Shown here piece after piece: positions 58,936 to 64,000 of a stretch of 64,000 nt of DNA. Made by a program: the position numbers and the translations under genes. The DNA is from an uncultured Bacteroidales bacterium. GTDB taxonomy: Bacteria > Bacteroidota > Bacteroidia > Bacteroidales > Porphyromonadaceae. The stretch is taken from contig CABTZX010000001.1 in the NCBI GenBank assembly GCA_902489445.1, positions 38,606-102,605 of the forward strand, in the 5' to 3' direction. Within the stretch, counting starts at the first letter, position 1. Each line of letters starts with the position of its first letter. The notes beneath the pieces were generated by a model. That model did not search any database, was not told where the DNA came from, and saw nothing but the letters and a program-made list of their open reading frames with translations.

Positions 58936-59385
58936 TTAACGCTTATGTGTAGTGCTATCTTCCAGAATGAACACCAGCTCGTTAGCACATTTCATCTTAA
59001 ATCGTTCCCGTGCTTCACGTTCCAATGCATCCAAATCGCTGTTCCGTACACCTTCCAATCGTAAACTATCCCGTACAAAAGCTTCATTTTCCTCTTTCAA
59101 TGCTTGCTTGAGATCGTCAATCCGACGTGAATACTGTGCATGAACGGACAAACTGTCAGGACCTAAAATAAGGGAAAATAGGACGAAAAAGAGAGCCGCC
59201 AGTGCATACATCATCCACCAATGCCGGTTAAAAAGACCAATTATGCGGCTTACGTACACACGTTTGCCCCCTTCTGCATGTTCGTCTGACTGTATTGAAC
59301 CCGGATTATTATATCCGGATGTTTCCTCATTATACCCCTCTGTTTCCACATCGGGGCGTTCTTTTGCGCGTTTTCTCCAAAACAT
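58936..59385 (-). CDS. hypothetical bitopic membrane protein with a periplasmic coiled coil (FtsB/DivIC-like topology)
   Basis: Cytoplasmic N-terminus, one TM (WWMMYALAALFFVLFSLILG), then a heptad-like segment IDDLKQALKEENEAF...LDALEREARERF. Confidence 0.4.
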   Translation of the reverse strand: MFWRKRAKERPDVETEGYNEETSGYNNPGSIQSDEHAEGGKRVYVSRIIGLFNRHWWMMYALAALFFVLFSLILGPDSLSVHAQYSRRIDDLKQALKEENEAFVRDSLRLEGVRNSDLDALEREARERFKMKCANELVFILEDSTTHKR

Positions 59386-59562
59386 ATTGCCGTATCTTGC
59401 GTTGCAAAGATAACAAATAACCTATTAGTTTGGCGCAGGCTTATCCTCAAATAAGCCACGCCTGTATACCTTTCGGCGAGCGTTTACGCATTGGCTATCT
59501 TTTCAAAGTATCGTAGCCTTGAATCGGAACGAACCGTTTCGGAACAAAACAGCTCCTTTTTC

Positions 59563-59585
59563 TCAAAAAGGTATATATCTATTCG
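59563..59585. repeat. solitary copy of the palindromic-box repeat upstream of uvrB
   Basis: The sequence is tcaaaaaggtatatatctattc. Confidence 0.5.
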
Positions 59586-59674
59586 ATGCTTCCTCCTTGT
59601 GGTTACGAAAGCTGTACCCGATGTATCGGGCTTGATTAGTATCATTTTGCTACGGAGGTTGTATCTTTGCAGAT

Positions 59675-61717
59675 ATGAAGTTCGAACTCACTGCACAATA
59701 CGAACCAAGTGGTGATCAACCGGAAGCAATCGAAGCTCTGATAAAGGGTTTACGTGCCGGAATGCCGGCGCAGACGCTTCTCGGTGTTACGGGGAGCGGC
59801 AAAACATTTACTATAGCCAATGTGATTGCTCAAGCCGAACGTCCCACGTTGGTAATTAGCCACAACAAAACGCTTGCAGCGCAGTTGTACGGCGAGTTTA
59901 AGGCGTTTTTCCCGAATAATGCCGTGGAATACTTCGTCTCGTACTACGATTATTACCAGCCCGAAGCGTACATATCGACTACGGATACCTATATAGAAAA
60001 GGATATGGCTATCAATGCGGAGATCGAAAAGCTTCGCTTACGCACAACCGCTTCGCTGCTGAGTGGCAGAAAGGACGTTATTGTGGTGAGCAGTGTTTCT
60101 TGTTTGTACGGTATGGCAGATCCGAATGCTTACGCAGCTTCGGTAGTACACGTGGAAGTGGGGCAACAAATTGAGCGTGGCGCGCTTATGCGTTTATTGT
60201 CCAATGCTTTTTACACTAATACGCAAAGCGAGTTCACGAGTGGAACATTCCGTGTAAAAGGCGATACAATCGATGTTTTTCCCGCGGTGGAAGGATATGA
60301 CGGCATTGCCTATCGACTTCTGTTCTTTGACGATGAGATTGAGTCCATTGAAGTGATTGATCCCGTTTCAGGCGTTTCTACGGGCGAATTAACCGCTTTG
60401 GATATCTATCCCGCTAATCTGTTTGTAACAACTAAGGAGCAAACAGCCCATGCATTGGAGCAGATTAAGCACGATTTGGACGTACAAGTAGCATCATTTG
60501 AACGTATGGGTAAGATGTTCGAGGCAAAACGTCTATATGAACGCGTTACTTATGACCTCGAAATGATGCGTGAAATAGGGTATTGTACCGGCATAGAGAA
60601 CTACTCGCGTTACTTTGATGGGCGAAGTGCCGGCGAAAGACCCTTTTGCTTATTCGATTACTTTCCTCGTGATTTTCTACTGGTTATAGACGAAAGTCAC
60701 GTAACTATTCCACAAATCAAAGCTATGTATGGAGGCGATCGCTCGCGTAAAACCAGTTTGGTGGAATACGGCTTCCGTCTGCCTGCGGCACTGGATAATC
60801 GTCCTCTTACGTTTGAGGAGTTTACCGCGCTCCGAAACAGCACTATTTTTGTCAGCGCAACCCCTGCTGAGTACGAATTGGAAGAGAGCGAAGGAATTGT
60901 TGTAGAGCAGATTATACGCCCAACGGGGCTACCGGATCCGCAAATTGAAGTGCGTCCTACTGAATACCAGATAGACGATTTGATGGAGGAAATCCGTCTG
61001 CGCAAGCAAAAACGTCAGCGAACCCTCGTTACCACGCTAACCAAGCGCCAAGCTGAGGAACTAAGCGAGTATCTGCAGCGCTATGGTGTTGCTACAGCAT
61101 ATATACATAGTGACGTGGAAACATTGGATCGAGTGCGCATTTTGGATGAGTTGCGCAAAGGCAAATATGATGTTTTGGTCGGTGTAAATCTCCTCAGGGA
61201 AGGATTGGATCTACCGGAAGTTTCCTTAGTGGCTATATTGGATGCGGACAAAGAGGGCTTTTTACGCTCAGAGCGCGCCCTTACTCAAACGGCAGGCCGT
61301 GCAGCGCGTCATCCCGAAGGACGCGTCATTCTTTATGCCGATACGGTGAGTGACGGAATGAAACGTATGATGGATGCCACCAATAACCGCCGCGAACGAC
61401 AATTGGCATATAATAAATTGCACCACATAACGCCGCGCGCCGCGGTGAAAGCAGGGATTAGTTTGGCTAAAGAACGGGTTACGGGTAATGCTGCCACCGC
61501 TTATGTAGAGCCGGATGAAGGCGCTTTTGCCGATCCACTACTAAATGAGTTGGGGCTCGAAAAGCTTGAAAAGCTCTACAACGAACGTCGAACCCAAATG
61601 TACGAAGCAGCTAAAAAACTCGATTTCCTTGCAGCTGCGCGTTTGCGGGACGAGGCAAAAGAGATGGCGGAGCGCATCGATGCATTGAAAAAAGCGGGGA
61701 AAAAGCCTGCAAAGTAG
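59675..61717 (+). CDS. uvrB: excinuclease ABC subunit B
   Basis: 680 aa. GVTGSGKT Walker A, DESH box (VIDESHV), beta-hairpin region and the C-terminal UvrB/UvrC interaction helix. Confidence 0.95.
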   Translation: MKFELTAQYEPSGDQPEAIEALIKGLRAGMPAQTLLGVTGSGKTFTIANVIAQAERPTLVISHNKTLAAQLYGEFKAFFPNNAVEYFVSYYDYYQPEAYISTTDTYIEKDMAINAEIEKLRLRTTASLLSGRKDVIVVSSVSCLYGMADPNAYAASVVHVEVGQQIERGALMRLLSNAFYTNTQSEFTSGTFRVKGDTIDVFPAVEGYDGIAYRLLFFDDEIESIEVIDPVSGVSTGELTALDIYPANLFVTTKEQTAHALEQIKHDLDVQVASFERMGKMFEAKRLYERVTYDLEMMREIGYCTGIENYSRYFDGRSAGERPFCLFDYFPRDFLLVIDESHVTIPQIKAMYGGDRSRKTSLVEYGFRLPAALDNRPLTFEEFTALRNSTIFVSATPAEYELEESEGIVVEQIIRPTGLPDPQIEVRPTEYQIDDLMEEIRLRKQKRQRTLVTTLTKRQAEELSEYLQRYGVATAYIHSDVETLDRVRILDELRKGKYDVLVGVNLLREGLDLPEVSLVAILDADKEGFLRSERALTQTAGRAARHPEGRVILYADTVSDGMKRMMDATNNRRERQLAYNKLHHITPRAAVKAGISLAKERVTGNAATAYVEPDEGAFADPLLNELGLEKLEKLYNERRTQMYEAAKKLDFLAAARLRDEAKEMAERIDALKKAGKKPAK

Positions 61718-61765
61718 TAATTGTTTGGTCAGAAACAAAAAGAGTATTACCTTTGCATTCGCATT

Positions 61766-61840
61766 CGGGATGTAGCTCAGTCCGGTTAGAGTACGCGTCT
61801 GGGGGGCGTGGGGTCGCTAGTTCGAATCTAGTCATCCCGA
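61766..61840 (+). tRNA. tRNA-Pro (GGG anticodon; anticodon-arm parse is moderately uncertain)
   Basis: Acceptor CGGGATG/CATCCCG with discriminator A, D-arm TAGCTCAGTCCGGTTAGAGT, anticodon loop cTGGGgg, T-arm GCTAGTTCGAATCTAGT. Confidence 0.7.
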
Positions 61841-61946
61841 CAGAATGCAGGAGAGGTGTAGCTGATCATTAGATATCTCGGCGGCACCTCTTCCTCTTTT
61901 TTGACCGCTCGCATCTTTAGAATTAATCCCGGGTAGGGTAGTCTCA

Positions 61947-62036
61947 ACTGAAACTTATATACGTTTCAAGTGATAGGTATATACCTCTGAAACGAAAGGT
62001 ATATAAGTTTTGTAGCAAATGTATATACCTTTTGTC
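61947..62036. repeat. palindromic-box repeat array, 4 copies, between tRNA-Pro and leuS
   Basis: gaaacttatatacgtttcaa / gataggtatatacctctgaaa / cgaaaggtatataagttttg / caaatgtatatacctttt. Confidence 0.85.
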
Positions 62037-62123
62037 CCGTGAAAATAGACCCTATGGACGATGAATGGCAACGGTTTATACCCAATGAGCCTTATTTCTC
62101 CTTTAGTTGTGCGGCAAAATAGC

Positions 62124-62131
62124 TACTTTTG
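62124..62131 (+). promoter_or_regulatory. candidate -7 element TACTTTTG upstream of leuS
   Basis: TAnnTTTG match 24 nt upstream of the leuS ATG. Confidence 0.3.
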
Positions 62132-62154
62132 CAGGCGGTTAGCGAAACGAAACT

Positions 62155-64000
62155 ATGGAGTATCGATTTGGAGAGATTGAACCTGCCATACAACAAGCGT
62201 GGCGGAACGAGGAAGTGTATAAGGTAAAAGAGGACGAAACAAAGCCCGCTTACTACGTTTTGGATATGTTCCCCTATCCGTCGGGAGCCGGTCTTCATAT
62301 GGGGCATCCCTTGGGCTACACGGCTTCGGATATCTATGCACGCTATAAACGGCTGAACGGTTTTTCCGTGTTACACCCAATGGGCTTCGATGCCTTTGGT
62401 CTTCCGGCCGAACAGTATGCCATCCAAACCGGGCAACATCCCGCCGAAACGACCCGAATCAATAGTGCTCGCTACCGAAAACAGTTGGACCGCATCGGAT
62501 TTAGTTTCGATTGGTCGCGCGAAGTGGTTACCTCTGATCCGGCTTACTATCGTTGGACGCAGTGGGTTTTTGCCCGTCTTTTTGAACATTACTACGACAC
62601 AAAGGCGCAAAAGGCGCGTCCAATCGCTGACTTGGTACGCCATCTCGAGGCAAACGGCACAAACGGATTGACCGCTTATGCGCCTGATGCTCCGGAAGAG
62701 ATAGATGCCGCTACGTGGAATGGTTTTGACGAAAAAGCGAAAAGCGACTTCCTGATGCACTATCGGTTGGCTTATTTGGGCGAATCGATGGTGAACTGGT
62801 GCGCCGATTTGGGCACCGTACTTGCCAACGACGAGGTGAGCGAAGGCGTGAGTATACGCGGCGGTTATCCGGTAGAACAGCGTAAAATGACCCAATGGTG
62901 CTTGCGTATCTCTGCATACGGAGAGCGACTTTTATCGGGATTGACAGACTTGCAATGGACCGAAGCGCTCAAAGAAACACAGCGCAACTGGATCGGCCGC
63001 TCTGAAGGTGCCGAGTTGCACTTCCAATTACAGAACAGGAAAGAGCAAATTGCCGTCTTTACTACACGAATAGACACTATTTTTGGCGTTTCCTTCTTAG
63101 TTTTGGCACCTGAACATGAGCTGGCGGAGCAAATTGCCACGCCTGCCGAACGCGATAAAGTATCTGCCTATATAGCCGAAACACGGCGCAAAACGGAGCG
63201 TGAACGTATGGCGGATCGGCGAGTGTCAGGCGTTTTTACCGGTGCTTATGCCGTTCATCCTTTTACCGGTGAGCCTATACCTATTTGGATTGCCGATTAT
63301 GTGCTCGCCGGATACGGTACCGGTGCCGTGATGGCTGTAGCCGCTCACGATAGCCGCGACTTCGCTTTTGCGCGACATTTTGATCTGCCCGTGCAACAAG
63401 TTATATGTCCCGATGGGGAACAACCCACCAATACGGACGAATGGACCGATGCACGCGCTGAAAAAGAGGGACACTTGGTGCATTCCGGTGCCTATTCAGG
63501 ACTGTCTGTTGCGGAAGCAACGCAAAAACTATTAGACTTTATTGAAGAAAATAAGATAGGAAAGCGCCGCGTTACCTATCGTTTGCGCGATGCTATATTC
63601 AGCCGGCAACGTTATTGGGGCGAGCCTTTCCCTATCTACTACGATGCCGACGGAGTGCCTAATCTGCTTCCCGACAGCGAATTACCCCTCGAATTGCCGC
63701 CAATCAATAGCTATAAGCCTTCGCAGGACGGTACGCCTCCACTCGGAAGAGCCGAAAATTGGCATACAAAGGAGGGATATCCCTATGAATTAAGCACTAT
63801 GCCCGGTTTCGCGGGAAGCAGTGCCTATTATCTTCGCTATATGGATCCGCACAACAACGAAGCGTTGGTTGGCGAAAAAGCTAACAAGTATTGGCGTCAC
63901 GTGGATCTATATGTGGGCGGAACCGAACATGCTACCGGTCACCTTTTGTATAGTCGTTTTTGGTGCATGTTCCTTTATGATCTCGGATTGGTATGCGAAC
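62155..64000 (+). CDS. leuS: leucyl-tRNA synthetase (3' end lies outside the window)
   Basis: [24 protein letters not shown]...[22 protein letters not shown] contains the HMGH motif. The frame stays open to the end of the window, so it is absent from the ORF track. Confidence 0.9.
   Translation, partial: MEYRFGEIEPAIQQAWRNEEVYKVKEDETKPAYYVLDMFPYPSGAGLHMGHPLGYTASDIYARYKRLNGFSVLHPMGFDAFGLPAEQYAIQTGQHPAETTRINSARYRKQLDRIGFSFDWSREVVTSDPAYYRWTQWVFARLFEHYYDTKAQKARPIADLVRHLEANGTNGLTAYAPDAPEEIDAATWNGFDEKAKSDFLMHYRLAYLGESMVNWCADLGTVLANDEVSEGVSIRGGYPVEQRKMTQWCLRISAYGERLLSGLTDLQWTEALKETQRNWIGRSEGAELHFQLQNRKEQIAVFTTRIDTIFGVSFLVLAPEHELAEQIATPAERDKVSAYIAETRRKTERERMADRRVSGVFTGAYAVHPFTGEPIPIWIADYVLAGYGTGAVMAVAAHDSRDFAFARHFDLPVQQVICPDGEQPTNTDEWTDARAEKEGHLVHSGAYSGLSVAEATQKLLDFIEENKIGKRRVTYRLRDAIFSRQRYWGEPFPIYYDADGVPNLLPDSELPLELPPINSYKPSQDGTPPLGRAENWHTKEGYPYELSTMPGFAGSSAYYLRYMDPHNNEALVGEKANKYWRHVDLYVGGTEHATGHLLYSRFWCMFLYDLGLVCE

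Noticed and set aside
59400-59674. Possible DnaA box / replication-origin signal (ttatcctca) upstream of uvrB
   Set aside because: It is a single imperfect match to TTATCCACA, with no box cluster, no AT-rich DUE and no dnaA or dnaN nearby.

Overview
This 64-kb window looks like a Bacteroidales chromosome segment (about 50% GC), probably from a Porphyromonas-like organism. Core genes are densely packed: an ECF sigma factor (5' partial), aroC, slyD, Fe/Mn superoxide dismutase, a ParC-like topoisomerase, nadE, a dihydroorotase-like amidohydrolase, ilvE, rseP, mutS2, pnp, an EF-G paralog, mscL, HU, rsmD, an MFS transporter, a four-gene 2-oxoacid:ferredoxin oxidoreductase operon, a cobalamin adenosyltransferase, mazG, dsbD, an RluA-family synthase, uvrB, leuS (3' partial) and two tRNAs. 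Three things are not explained by ordinary gene content. (1) A roughly 9.9-kb low-GC island (about 30% GC, 25.86-35.79 kb) consists almost entirely of one uninterrupted 2898-codon ORF. Its product has no signal peptide, no transmembrane segments and no catalytic motif I can recognise by eye. It sits directly upstream of two tandem small lipoproteins and a radical-SAM/SPASM enzyme. This is the strongest candidate for a new system. (2) A dispersed family of intergenic arrays of 3-5 tandem copies of a roughly 22-bp unit whose core is the perfect palindrome AAAGGTATATACCTTT occurs at seven or more loci. (3) A 1.7-kb non-coding, G-rich region upstream of rseP is built from several unrelated tandem-repeat families with periods of 22, about 66, about 10.5 and 113 bp. 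In addition, two direct copies of a MITE-like element containing a 22-23-bp minisatellite bracket a 5.5-kb segment that includes an ABC-ATPase pseudogene fragment. All calls come from reading the sequence and six-frame translations; no database searches were run.
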